Assembly: GCA_036495605.1 (NCBI GenBank)
Contig: DASXMO010000145.1
Span: 3,604 to 67,603 of the forward strand
From: Solirubrobacteraceae bacterium
Lineage (GTDB): Bacteria > Actinomycetota > Thermoleophilia > Solirubrobacterales > Solirubrobacteraceae
Reading direction: 5' to 3'
Length of the DNA stretch: 64,000 nt
Part shown: positions 18,393 to 28,248 of the stretch, piece after piece
How positions within the stretch are numbered: position 1 is the stretch's first letter
How the letters are laid out: each line of letters opens with the position of its first letter
The notes under the pieces: generated by a model
The model's database searches: none
What the model saw: only the letters and a program-made list of their open reading frames with translations
What the model was told of the DNA's origin: nothing
Made by a program: the position numbers and the translations under genes

Positions 18393-19430
18393 ATGGATGG
18401 TGAGATCGAGCTGACGTACTGCGTGGTGAACACCTCCCAGCGCGAGCTGCTGCTGCGCGGCCTCGATGCGATTGCACGCGAGCGCGCGGACGGGATGCTG
18501 CCTTTTCGCACGGAGGTGCTCGTGCTCGACAACGGCTCGCGCGACGGCTCGGCGGCGGCCGCGCGCGCGCACCCCGCGGTGGATGAGGTGATCGCGCTGG
18601 ACGAACGTCGCGGCAAGGCGCTCAACGACTCCGAACTGATGCGCCGCGCGCGCGGGCGCTACGCGCTGCTTCTCAACGAGGACTCCGAGCTGCGCCCGGG
18701 AGCAACGCTCGCGCTGTGGCATGCGCTCGAGGAGCACCCGGACGCGGCCTGTGCGGGCGCGCAGCTGCTGCGCCCCCCCGACGGCCCTCCGGGCGAGCCC
18801 GGCGTGGGCGGCACGAACGGCGAGGACGGTGCGGACGACGAGACGAAGGCGGGGTCCGCGCTCGCGGGCAGGAGGCAGGCGTGCGCGTGGCGTTTCCCCA
18901 CGCTCACGACGGCGCTCGCGGGAGCGCTGTTCATGCACCGCATCTACACCGTGCAGAGCAACCCCGGCGGGGGCACGCGCGAGGTCGATTGGTGCCAGTC
19001 CTCCGCTCTGCTCGTGCGGCGCGAGGCGGCGGTGCAGGTTGACTACATGGACCCGGCCTTCTTCGTGTACTCCGACGAGGTCGACTTCGCCCGCCGTCTG
19101 CGCGACGCGGGCTGGCGCAGCCTGTACGTACCGGCGGCGCAGGCGATCCACCACGAGCAGCTCGCAACCGGCGCTTCCGCGCAGCGGCGGATCGTCGAAC
19201 TGGCGCGCAACCGCGACCTGTACATGCGTAAGCACCACTCGCCCGCCACGGCCTGGGCGGTGCGCTGGCTGACCGCATGGCCCTACGCCCTGCGCGCACT
19301 TGCGGCGCTCGTGCTGCCGGGCCATTCGCCGCGACGCTACTGGCGGCACGTGACCGCGACGCTCAGACCCTCACACGGCGAGGGACTGCGCGAGGCCGCG
19401 GCCGAGTACAACCGCACGGACCCGCGCTAG
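18393..19430 (+). CDS. Glycosyltransferase family 2 (WbbL/rhamnosyltransferase-like)
   Basis: VLDNGSRD, LLLNED, YSDEVDF motifs; carries an acidic loop insertion of about 30 aa. Confidence 0.85.
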   Translation: MDGEIELTYCVVNTSQRELLLRGLDAIARERADGMLPFRTEVLVLDNGSRDGSAAAARAHPAVDEVIALDERRGKALNDSELMRRARGRYALLLNEDSELRPGATLALWHALEEHPDAACAGAQLLRPPDGPPGEPGVGGTNGEDGADDETKAGSALAGRRQACAWRFPTLTTALAGALFMHRIYTVQSNPGGGTREVDWCQSSALLVRREAAVQVDYMDPAFFVYSDEVDFARRLRDAGWRSLYVPAAQAIHHEQLATGASAQRRIVELARNRDLYMRKHHSPATAWAVRWLTAWPYALRALAALVLPGHSPRRYWRHVTATLRPSHGEGLREAAAEYNRTDPR

Positions 19431-19462
19431 ATTCCGCCGAACGCCCGGACTGCGCACCACGC

Positions 19463-19591
19463 CTCTGACGGTCGTGGACCAAGCGAGGCAAGGACGCAGG
19501 GAGCGAAATGTGCTCTGCACATGAGCGACCGAGGACGCCGCCTCGCGCCGTGTCCACGGCCGTCAGGGCGCGACGTCCACGACCGTCAGAG
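19463..19591 (+). repeat. Palindromic repeat element, copy 3
   Basis: Perfect 17-bp terminal IR CTCTGACGGTCGTGGAC/GTCCACGACCGTCAGAG, an internal second right end at 19552-19566, and the core GGACGCAGGGAGCG. Confidence 0.8.
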
Positions 19592-21115
19592 ATCTCTAAG
19601 GGAGTCCTCGGCGTATGCCTCGACATCGCCATGCCCGGCACGAAACGCGGCCACGCGCCGACGCCCCTCGAGCCACAGCGCACGCGCCTGCGCGCGCTCG
19701 TCGGGCGCGACGAAGCGCGTGGCGAGCAGTAGCGCGGGGACGAGCGCGAACCAGGCGCTGCGCGTCAACAGTCCGGCGATGCCGCTCGTCGGCAGCAGCA
19801 GCTCGCCTGACACGGCGACGGCGGCGAGGATCGCCGTGAGCTGCCCGAGACGCCGCCACTGGAACTCGACGGCGAAGACGCCGCGCGTGAGCAGGTGCAT
19901 GACGGCGATCATGACCGCGTAGGCGCCGCACAGCGCGAGTCCTGCGCCGGCGAGGCCGAGACCGAGGCCGCTGTCGGGCACGAGCACGAACAGCAGCACC
20001 ACGTTCACCACCAGCCCCGCAGCGGCGGCGGGGAGGTTGCGTTGGGTTACGCGGGCGCGGCCGGTGATGGCGATCATCACCTGGTAGAGCCCGTACAGCG
20101 TCCAGCCGAGCGCCAGCCAGGGCAGCGCGCGGTAGGCGCCGTAGTACTCGGGCGCGGCGAGCAGCCGCACGAGCCAGCGCCCGAGCAGCGCCACGCCGAC
20201 GACGACGACGCCGGTGGCGAGCACGAAGTAGGTGGTAACGAGCGAGTACAGGCGCGAGGCCTCAGCGTCGCTGTCGATCGAGTACGCCAGCGGCGGCCAC
20301 GCGTACTGGAAGCCGCGCACGAACACGAACACGACCGTCGCCAGCTGCACGGCGATCGCGTACTCGCCGGCCACGCCCGCGCCAACGCCGCGCAGCAGGT
20401 AGAAGCGGTCTGCCACCTGCAGTGCATAGACGCTCGCGTCGGCGGGCACGGTGGGCAGGCCGAAGTGCAGCATCGCGCGCAGGTCGGCGAACTTCACGCG
20501 CAGCGACACACGCGCGCGCAGCACCCACCAGAGCGCGAGCACGACGATCGCCGAGGCGCCGAAGTTCCCGAGCAGCAGCCCGCGCGCGCCCTGTTCGGCG
20601 AACACGACGAGCGAGATCGTGAACACGACCGTCATCGCGACGTTCGCGCCCGACGCGCGCATGTAGGTGCGTGCGCGCTCGTCCACGCGCAGTTGCGCGT
20701 AGGCCATCTCGATGTTCGTGAACGCCCACAGGCCGAGGATCGCGCAGTACATGAGCCCGGCGTCGCTGTATCCGAGCAGCAGGCGCGAGAGCTGGGAGGC
20801 GAACGCGATGGCGATGAGCGAGGCGAGCGTGGTGGTCCAGGCGACGGTCGCGGTGGCCGTGCGCGCGATCCGCGTGCGCCGCGCCTCGTCGGAGTCGGTG
20901 AAGTAGAAGCGCACGAACGCCTCGCCCACCCCGAGGCGCAGCAGGATGCTGAACAGGATCACGGCCGTGAGCAGCGAGTTGTACGTGCCGTAGCCCGCCG
21001 TGGAGACGTGCCGGGTGTAGAGCGGCAGCGTGAACACGGCGATCGCCTTCGCCAGGATTTCCGCGGCCTGATAGGCCGCGCCGGTCGTGATCAGGCGTCT
21101 CAGGTAGGCGAGCAC
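19586..21115 (-). CDS. Wzx-like polysaccharide flippase
   Basis: Many TM helices with LPLYTRHVSTAGYG and GEYAIAVQLA; GTG start chosen at 21115. Confidence 0.8.
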   Translation of the reverse strand: MLAYLRRLITTGAAYQAAEILAKAIAVFTLPLYTRHVSTAGYGTYNSLLTAVILFSILLRLGVGEAFVRFYFTDSDEARRTRIARTATATVAWTTTLASLIAIAFASQLSRLLLGYSDAGLMYCAILGLWAFTNIEMAYAQLRVDERARTYMRASGANVAMTVVFTISLVVFAEQGARGLLLGNFGASAIVVLALWWVLRARVSLRVKFADLRAMLHFGLPTVPADASVYALQVADRFYLLRGVGAGVAGEYAIAVQLATVVFVFVRGFQYAWPPLAYSIDSDAEASRLYSLVTTYFVLATGVVVVGVALLGRWLVRLLAAPEYYGAYRALPWLALGWTLYGLYQVMIAITGRARVTQRNLPAAAAGLVVNVVLLFVLVPDSGLGLGLAGAGLALCGAYAVMIAVMHLLTRGVFAVEFQWRRLGQLTAILAAVAVSGELLLPTSGIAGLLTRSAWFALVPALLLATRFVAPDERAQARALWLEGRRRVAAFRAGHGDVEAYAEDSLRDL

Positions 21116-21247
21116 GGGTGCGGGCAACCTAACCGCTTGGCTGGTCCGACCCCGAGCGCTCGCGGCCGTTCCCGCGCGATCGATCGCCTTCGTGGGAGGC
21201 CCACCCCGCCTGCGCCCACCCACAGGTTGGACGCCGGCGATGCGCCA

Positions 21248-22753
21248 TCAGCTGCGGTGACCGGCGCCAGCTGCTGCGGTCGCAGCGGCGGGCTCACGGG
21301 TCTCCCCCCAAACGCGGCCCGCGCGGGCGAGCGCGACGCCGATGCCGAGCAGCGTCCAGGTGATGGGATCCTCGAGGAAGTCGGCGTAGGTCCACGTGTG
21401 CAGCACGAGTGCCGCGAAGCACGCGGCCAAGGCGATGCGCGGCGGGGAGCGCCCGGCGCCGCGGAAGAGCGTGGCGAAGGCGCAGATCAAAAGCGCGATG
21501 TATACGGCCAGGCCGACGATCCCCTGCTCGGCGGCGACCGTGACGGGGATTGTGTGCGAGGCCGAGGTCGCACCCGCGGCGTCGCGCGTGCGTCCGTGGC
21601 GCTTGTACTCGGTTTCGAACGAGCCCGCGCCGTAGCCGTAGAGCGGGCGGTCGGCGAACAGTTCGAGGCCGCCGGAGATCAGCTTCGTGCGCCCGCTCGT
21701 CGCGTTGCTGGTCGAGCCGCCGGCGCCGTTCACGCCGAAGTGCAGGCTCGGCGGCGCCGCGAGCACGACGACGAGGGCGATCGCCGCTAGCGCGGCGCTC
21801 ACATAGACGGTCGCGCGCACATCCCAGCGATAGGCGGCGAGCACCGCCAGGCCGAGCAGCAGCGCGGCGATGCTCGACTGCGAGAAGCTCGTCACGAGAC
21901 CGACCAACAGCCACCCGAGGATCCCCGCGCCGATCAGCACCTCGCGCCGGCGCCGGCTCCAGAGCACGACGGTGGTGAGCGCGACCATCACGATCGCGAG
22001 GAAGCGCCCGTAGATGTTCGGGTCGAAGAACAGCGAGTTGACGCGGAAGTAGTTGCCGTATTCGTTCGCCGCGACGACCTTCGGGTTCAGGAACAGCTGC
22101 TTGCGCGCGTACTCCACGAAGCCGATCCCCGCGAACACGAACGCCAGCACGACCGCCACGCCCAGGCAGCGCAGCACGAGCTCGCGCGACCAGCGCACGT
22201 CGCGCAGGAGCATGAACAGCAGGCCGAACGGGATGTAAAAGAAGGCGACGTTCTCCGCGGCCTTCGCATGATCGGTCGAGTAGAGGCCCTGCAGCGCATA
22301 CAGCACGACGGCCGTGAGCAGCAGCCATTCGACGCCGAGCGGGGAGAGCCAGGTGGATTTTTTTGTGGGAGACCCGTGAGCAAGTTCCTGCGCACGGCGC
22401 TCGTGGCGCCGGTCACCGCAGCCGTCGGCATCAGGCGCGGCTTCGCCGCCCAGCCCGAGCCAGCGGGGAAGCAGGAAGGCGATCGTTCCCGCGGCCACGA
22501 CGAGGTAGAGCGGGATCAGCAGGTTCACCGTGCGTCCGTCGGCGGAGATCGGCAGCCTGAAGGGGAGCGTGGCGATCGCGAGCAGCGGCAGCGCTTCGGG
22601 GCGGCGACGCATCAACAGCGTCAGCGCGGCGATCACGGCCAAGCCGGCGATCGCGACGGCGGCGATCACTCCCGCGCTCGGCAGCGTGGCCGGGATCCAT
22701 GCGAGCGTGCCCGCACTCGACGCCGAGGCCGGAACCGCTGCGGCCTGGCTCAC
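21248..22753 (-). CDS. O-antigen ligase/Wzy polymerase family membrane protein
   Basis: RVNSLFFDPN, SFSQSS, GRTKL...PLYGYGAGSF, SHTIPVTVAAEQGIVG. Confidence 0.8.
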   Translation of the reverse strand: MSQAAAVPASASSAGTLAWIPATLPSAGVIAAVAIAGLAVIAALTLLMRRRPEALPLLAIATLPFRLPISADGRTVNLLIPLYLVVAAGTIAFLLPRWLGLGGEAAPDADGCGDRRHERRAQELAHGSPTKKSTWLSPLGVEWLLLTAVVLYALQGLYSTDHAKAAENVAFFYIPFGLLFMLLRDVRWSRELVLRCLGVAVVLAFVFAGIGFVEYARKQLFLNPKVVAANEYGNYFRVNSLFFDPNIYGRFLAIVMVALTTVVLWSRRRREVLIGAGILGWLLVGLVTSFSQSSIAALLLGLAVLAAYRWDVRATVYVSAALAAIALVVVLAAPPSLHFGVNGAGGSTSNATSGRTKLISGGLELFADRPLYGYGAGSFETEYKRHGRTRDAAGATSASHTIPVTVAAEQGIVGLAVYIALLICAFATLFRGAGRSPPRIALAACFAALVLHTWTYADFLEDPITWTLLGIGVALARAGRVWGETREPAAATAAAGAGHRS

Positions 22754-22811
22754 GATCTCACCGTCTCGAACGTGCCGGGACCGGCGGACGGAAGGGGCGC
22801 CGCCGCGACGC

Positions 22812-23330
22812 TCACGGTCTCACCAGCGTGAACGCGCGCGGCCCGGGCACGGTGCGGTGCTGTGCACGCAGCGTCACGTGCACGCGGTATTCACCCGCCG
22901 GCGCGAGCGCGCCGGTGTTGCGGGGAGTGACGATCGTCGTCCCGCTTTCGCTCACGACGACGCCGTAGCCGTGCGGCGCGCCGCGGCGTCCGTTCCAGCG
23001 CAGTGAGAGCTGTTTGTAGCGAGCCACCGGCCGGTCGCGCAAGAGCGTCGCGACGGTGTTCCCGGCGGCGTCGAGGATCGTCACGGTCACCGCGTCGGCG
23101 CGCGCGAGCTTGAAGGAGATCTGCTCCTGTTTGATGTGCCCCTGCGGCGTCGGCGAGAAACGGGGGGTCAGACGGAAGCTCTGGACGGGCGTCGGCGTGT
23201 GCTTGAGCCGCTGCGTGACGATGAACGCGGCGAAGCACGCGAGCACGAGCAAGGCGAACACGACCTGCGCGAGCCTGTCCACGCCCGGGCCGCTCGTGTC
23301 GACGGCGGGCGCGTGTGTCGTGGCGCTCAA
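22812..23330 (-). CDS. Membrane-anchored protein with an FlgD-like Ig domain
   Basis: TM helix, then VTVTILDAAGNTVATL...WNGR...GEYRVHV. Confidence 0.6.
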   Translation of the reverse strand: MSATTHAPAVDTSGPGVDRLAQVVFALLVLACFAAFIVTQRLKHTPTPVQSFRLTPRFSPTPQGHIKQEQISFKLARADAVTVTILDAAGNTVATLLRDRPVARYKQLSLRWNGRRGAPHGYGVVVSESGTTIVTPRNTGALAPAGEYRVHVTLRAQHRTVPGPRAFTLVRP

Positions 23331-24109
23331 TCGCCCTCACCGATCGGAGGGCGGCCGGCGAACCGCTCGACCGTGTCCGAGCGCAGCCCGAGACGTAGGG
23401 TCTCCAGCGAGAGCACATCATCGGGAGCGATGTTGCCGAGGTTGCACTCGGTGCCGAAGCGGTGCAGCAGCCACACCTGCTGCTCACGCTGGGGCGCCTC
23501 GAAGATCAGGCGCTCGGCGTCGATCGCGTGCACGATCTCATCGATCAGCCCCGTGCGCACCTCGCCGTCGGCGCGGTAGATGCCGGCCGTGCCCGACTCG
23601 CGCGCCTCGGCGATCACCTTCCACGCGCCCGCTTGCAGGTCGCGCTCGATCTGCTCGACCCACACGTAGGGGGCCATGATGAAGTCGGCGTCCTTGCTGC
23701 CGACCTCCGAGAGGACGGTGAAGCCGTCGGCGACGAGGCGCTCGATCAGCTCGACCTTCACGGACGGATCGAGCGCGATCGTCCCGTCGGAGATCTCGAC
23801 GTGGCGCAGGCCGAGCTCTCCGAGCCACGCGATCAGCCCCTCGACGCGGCCCTGCCTGATCGCGATCTCCGTGAGCGTGCCGCCGAGCACGACGGGAATG
23901 TCGTGCTGGGCGTAGCGCTCGAGCTTGGGTTTGAGGTTGGCGCTGACGACCGCCGTGCCCCAGCCGAGCTTGACGATGTCCACGTACGCACCCGCGACCT
24001 CGAGCAGCCCATCGACCTCGGCGACCGACAAGCCACGATCGATTACGTGCGTGATGCCGCGCTCGCGCGGCTTGACGCAGCGCGCGGGGATGTCGAGGAA
24101 GTCGGCTAT
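23327..24109 (-). CDS. comA: Phosphosulfolactate synthase (ComA family); predicted non-canonical ATA start
   Basis: KPRERGITHVIDRGL, VKLGWGT, EISDG, SEVGSK, EARESG; GGAG lies 7 nt before ATA at 24109. Confidence 0.8.
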   Translation of the reverse strand: MADFLDIPARCVKPRERGITHVIDRGLSVAEVDGLLEVAGAYVDIVKLGWGTAVVSANLKPKLERYAQHDIPVVLGGTLTEIAIRQGRVEGLIAWLGELGLRHVEISDGTIALDPSVKVELIERLVADGFTVLSEVGSKDADFIMAPYVWVEQIERDLQAGAWKVIAEARESGTAGIYRADGEVRTGLIDEIVHAIDAERLIFEAPQREQQVWLLHRFGTECNLGNIAPDDVLSLETLRLGLRSDTVERFAGRPPIGEGD

Positions 24110-24166
24110 CTGCCCGCTCCCGGAGGCGCGCTCACCCGGAGAGTCCGCCGGCGAGGGCGAGGCGGC

Positions 24167-26086
24167 TCACGGAACCGACCCTCCCGACGAGGATGCTTCG
24201 CCGCCGCCGGACGGGGAAGCTTCGCCGCCCGCGCCCGAGGACGCTTCGCCACCCGCGCCGGCCTTGTCGAGGCCGGCGATCACGACCACGGTCGAGCTCC
24301 CCGCGAGCGGCGATACGGCCGCTTCGATCGGCTGCACCTGGGTGACGCCGAGCGCCTGGGCGACCTTCGCGGCTTCGGCGCGGTGGCGGGAGGTGTACTC
24401 GACGACCGTCGTCTGATGGCTGCCGGGTGGCGTGCCGCCCAGCGGCGTCGCCTGCGAATAGCCGCTCTGCTGCAGACTCGCGGAGAGCCTGTGTGCGAGG
24501 TTCGGCGTGCTCGTGCCGTTGAGCACGGCCACCTGCGCTTCGGCGGGGTTGACGATCGGCGCCGAGGTTTCGCTCGGGTGAGAGCTCCCCGTGGTGGTCG
24601 TGGTGTTCGAAGCGGTGTGTTGCGCCTGCGTGTGCGTGGCCGTCGTCGTGGAAGTGCTCAAGCCCGTAGTGCCGGAGGAGGAGCCGAGCGAGTTGACCAC
24701 AAGCACGATCGCGACGATCGCGACGAGGACGCCACCCCCGATCAGCACGGCCATCCGCGCGGGCGAGCGCCGGCTGCTGGAGTAGGTCGTCACGCCAGCT
24801 CGCTTCGACGGCGGTTGACCGCCGCCACCACCGCTACCACCACCGCGCCTTGGCGGCGCCTGGGCCGCGGAGCCCCGCTCGGCGCCGCGCGATCCTCTCG
24901 CGGGGGCGCCCGACGCGCTCCTCGCGGCGGCGCTAGCGTCGGCGCTCATCGCCGCGCTCGCACCGCCGCGCCGAGGCGTTCCCGTTCCCGCGGCGGCGAC
25001 GGGCGCGGGCGGGCGAGCGCTCGAAGGTGCGGCTGCGGGGGCGGGCGGGGACGTGGGCCGAGTCGCGCCGGCGCGCGCTCCCGCCGTAGCGGCCCCCGCT
25101 GCGGTCACACCGGCAGAGGCGGGCCTTGTGCCGGCGGCTGCGGGCGCAGCGCCAGGCGTGGTCGTGGCGGGCGGCGGAGGCGGCATGGGTGCCCTGGGAG
25201 CGGCTGCCGCGGCTCCCGCGACGGTCGCCGGGGCCGGAGCGCCGGGGGTCGAGGTCGATGGTGCGCCGGAGGGGAAACCGGGGCTCGGCGGGGACGTGGC
25301 AGGTGGCGAAGCCTGGGCGGCCGACGGGACTGTGGAGGTCGGTGGGGCTGCGGAGGTCGGCGCAGACGCGGCCGTCGACGCCCCGGCGGCGAGGGTGCTC
25401 GCGGGCGGCGCGCTCGCGGGAGCCTGCCCGGACGAGGGGGCTCCTCCAGGAGCAGCGGGGGAGGCGGGCCCCTGTGTGCCCGATGCCGCTCCCGCGGCGG
25501 TGGCCGATGCGCCCGGCGCGCCGGCCGTCAGCGGAGCCGCGCTCGGTTGCGCGGTGGGCGCGCCCGGGGGGACGCCGGCCCCACCAGCGGGCACGGACGG
25601 TCCAGCGGGCGCGGACGGTCCAGGGGGCACGGGTGTTCCCGCGGGCGCAGGCGTTCCCGCGGGCTGGGCGCTCGTGCCCGCGGACGGAGCACCGGGCGCG
25701 TCGGCCACAGCCGTAGCGGCGGCAGCAGCAGCCGCGGCGACCTGCGCGGGCGAGGGTGTGGCGGGCGGGGGCGCAGGCTGCCCTGTGGCGGTCGCGGGGC
25801 GAGCGTTCAGCGGGGTCGTGCGCGGAACCTGCCGCACGGGTGGGGCACCGGCTTGGGCGGGCCGCCCGAGCCGCGCGGCCGCCTCGGCGCTCACGCGCTG
25901 CTCCTGTTCAGCGGAGCGCTCCGGGGCGCGCCCGGCCCACTCGCGCAGGCGCTTGAGCTCGCGCGCCTGCGTGAAGACGAGCAGCGAGAGGACCGCGATG
26001 CCCACGAGCGCGGCAAATGCCGCGATCGCGCCGATCTTCGTGAAGGAGCTCGACAGCGATAGCGCCAGTGGCAAGACGGCGGTCAT
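24167..26086 (-). CDS. Two-TM protein with a long Pro/Ala-rich region and a C-terminal LytR_C domain
   Basis: VAVLNGTSTPNLAHRLSASL...TVVEY...VVVIAG LytR_C motif. Confidence 0.7.
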   Translation of the reverse strand: MTAVLPLALSLSSSFTKIGAIAAFAALVGIAVLSLLVFTQARELKRLREWAGRAPERSAEQEQRVSAEAAARLGRPAQAGAPPVRQVPRTTPLNARPATATGQPAPPPATPSPAQVAAAAAAAATAVADAPGAPSAGTSAQPAGTPAPAGTPVPPGPSAPAGPSVPAGGAGVPPGAPTAQPSAAPLTAGAPGASATAAGAASGTQGPASPAAPGGAPSSGQAPASAPPASTLAAGASTAASAPTSAAPPTSTVPSAAQASPPATSPPSPGFPSGAPSTSTPGAPAPATVAGAAAAAPRAPMPPPPPATTTPGAAPAAAGTRPASAGVTAAGAATAGARAGATRPTSPPAPAAAPSSARPPAPVAAAGTGTPRRGGASAAMSADASAAARSASGAPARGSRGAERGSAAQAPPRRGGGSGGGGGQPPSKRAGVTTYSSSRRSPARMAVLIGGGVLVAIVAIVLVVNSLGSSSGTTGLSTSTTTATHTQAQHTASNTTTTTGSSHPSETSAPIVNPAEAQVAVLNGTSTPNLAHRLSASLQQSGYSQATPLGGTPPGSHQTTVVEYTSRHRAEAAKVAQALGVTQVQPIEAAVSPLAGSSTVVVIAGLDKAGAGGEASSGAGGEASPSGGGEASSSGGSVP

Positions 26087-28143
26087 GAATCCTGGGAGTG
26101 TACGAGCGGCTCAGGCGTCCCGCGCCGGGCGGGGGGCTGATCGAGCGCGCTGACGTCTGTCGGGGAATCATCGCCGCCGTCGGCTTCTCCCTCCACGGGG
26201 GCGCGGGCGGGCGAGAGCGCCGACACCTTCGCGGCAAGGCCCGCGGCATCGCCCTCGAGCACGAGCAGGCCGATCTCGGCGAACATCGACTCCACGACCT
26301 CCGCCCCCAGCGGCGGGCGATCGGCCAGTGAGATCTTCTCCGCGGACGTCGGCAGGGCGCGCTCGTAGTCGTTGAACAGCTCCTCGCTCAGCTTCTCCCC
26401 GGCGCGGCGTCCGACGATCTCGATCTCGATGTCGTGCTCGGGATCGAGGCCCGACAGGTCGATCATCGCGCGGGCGAGCTCGACGATGCGCACGGGCTCG
26501 CCCATGTCGAGCACGAACACCTCGGCGCCCGCGCCTTCCGCGCCCGCGCCCTCGGCACAAACGAGCGAGCCAGAGCGAATGATCAGCTGGACAGCCTCGG
26601 GGATCGTCATGAAATAGCGGGTCATCCGCTCGTCGGTGACCGTGACCGGTCCACCGCGCGCGATCTGACGCTCGAAGATCGGCACGACGCTGCCGGAGGA
26701 GCCGAGCACGTTGCCGAAGCGCACCGCGTTGAAGTGGGTCTCGGGGAAGCGCGCGGCGGCGGCGTCGAGGGCGAACTCGGCGAGCGCCTTCGAGGCGCCC
26801 ATCACGGTCGCCGGCGCGACCGCCTTGTCGGTGGAGACGAGCACGAAACGTCGCGCGGCGAGCTGACCGGCGACGTGCGCGACGACGCGCGTGGCGATCG
26901 CGTTGTTGCGCACCGCCTCCACCGGGTTGGCCTCCATCAGACCCACGTGCTTGTAGGCGGCGGCGTGGAACACCACCGAAGGGCGGTGCTCGGAGAAGAC
27001 CTCGCGCATGCGCTCCTCTTCCTTGCAGTCGGCGAGCACCGCCACGAGCGTCGAGGGCTGGATGTGGCGCTCCTCCAGCAGCTCGCGCTCGATCTGGAAG
27101 AGGTTGTCCTCGGCGTGGTCGAGCAGCACGATCTTGCGCGGGCCGACACGCGCGATCTGGCGGCAGAGCTCCGCGCCGATCGAGCCGCCCGCGCCGGTCA
27201 CGAGCACGGTCTCCTCGGCGAGGTAGGCGCCGACGCGGTCGAGCTCCATCAGCACGGGCTCGCGGCCGAGCACGTCCTCGACGCGCACCTCGCGCATCTG
27301 CCGCGCGATCGTGCCGTGATCCTGGAGCAGCTCGAACACGGTCGGCAGCGTGCGCACCGAGATCCCGCGCGCGCGGCACTCGCGCACCACGCGCGCGCGC
27401 GTGGACCCGGGCGCGGAGGGGATCGCGATCAGGACTTCGTCGACCTGCGACTCGTCGAGGATGCGCGGGAGATCGCCGCACGTATCTCCGCGCACGCGGA
27501 TGCCGTCGATGCGCAGGCCGCGCTTGCTCGGGTCGTCGTCGAGGAAGCCGACCGGAGCGAGACCCAGCTCGCGGTTGCGCGCGATCTCGCGCAGCACCAG
27601 CCTGCCGCCGTCTCCGGCGCCGACGATCAGCACGCCCCGCTGGCCCTCGCGCACGCCGCGCAGCGCCGCGAGCGGGCGGCGCTCGTAGATCATCCGCGCC
27701 AGCACGCGCACGCCGATCAGGAACAGCAGGCACAGCAGCCCGAACAGCACGATCACGCCGTTGGGCAGTCCGACCGTCGCGGTCGCGATGGCCTTGTCGC
27801 CATGCACGGTGTAGCGCTGCACCGGCCGCAGCGCCTCGACGCCGACAACCGTGAGCAGCACGATCACGAGCACCGCACGCGCGACCGCCTCGAAGTCGCG
27901 CTGGCCGGAGTAGCGCCAGCGCCGCTGGTACACGCGCGAGAACACCAGCACTATGAGGCTGCCCGCGAGCACCCACCAGATCGTGCGCGAGCGCAGCTCG
28001 GCGTAGTGGCCGGACGGGCCGTTGTCGAAGCGCAGCTGAAAAGCGAGGTAGTAGGCGAGCGCGACCAACGCTCCGTCCACGACGAGCTGGGGGATCGAGC
28101 GGCGGTGCAGGGGAATGGCGGCCGATGCGAGCCTTCGGCGCAT
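26083..28143 (-). CDS. Nucleoside-diphosphate sugar 4,6-dehydratase/epimerase (CapD/PglF family)
   Basis: IVGAGDGG, TGAGGSIGAEL, HAAAYKHV, STDKAV, RFGNVLGSSGSV, MTRYFMTIPEA. Confidence 0.9.
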   Translation of the reverse strand: MRRRLASAAIPLHRRSIPQLVVDGALVALAYYLAFQLRFDNGPSGHYAELRSRTIWWVLAGSLIVLVFSRVYQRRWRYSGQRDFEAVARAVLVIVLLTVVGVEALRPVQRYTVHGDKAIATATVGLPNGVIVLFGLLCLLFLIGVRVLARMIYERRPLAALRGVREGQRGVLIVGAGDGGRLVLREIARNRELGLAPVGFLDDDPSKRGLRIDGIRVRGDTCGDLPRILDESQVDEVLIAIPSAPGSTRARVVRECRARGISVRTLPTVFELLQDHGTIARQMREVRVEDVLGREPVLMELDRVGAYLAEETVLVTGAGGSIGAELCRQIARVGPRKIVLLDHAEDNLFQIERELLEERHIQPSTLVAVLADCKEEERMREVFSEHRPSVVFHAAAYKHVGLMEANPVEAVRNNAIATRVVAHVAGQLAARRFVLVSTDKAVAPATVMGASKALAEFALDAAAARFPETHFNAVRFGNVLGSSGSVVPIFERQIARGGPVTVTDERMTRYFMTIPEAVQLIIRSGSLVCAEGAGAEGAGAEVFVLDMGEPVRIVELARAMIDLSGLDPEHDIEIEIVGRRAGEKLSEELFNDYERALPTSAEKISLADRPPLGAEVVESMFAEIGLLVLEGDAAGLAAKVSALSPARAPVEGEADGGDDSPTDVSALDQPPARRGTPEPLVHSQDS

Positions 28144-28150
28144 TGTCCGG

Positions 28151-28156
28151 ATTGTA
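28151..28156 (-). promoter_or_regulatory. -10 element of a leaderless capD-like transcript
   Basis: TACAAT followed by 7 nt and then ATG on the minus strand. Confidence 0.55.
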
Positions 28157-28248
28157 CGGGCGGACGGGGATGGGGGTCGGTTGTGAATGCCGGGCTTCAT
28201 CGCCGGCCAGGACCGCCAACGCTCCCTGGAGGCGAAGCTGCGACCCCG

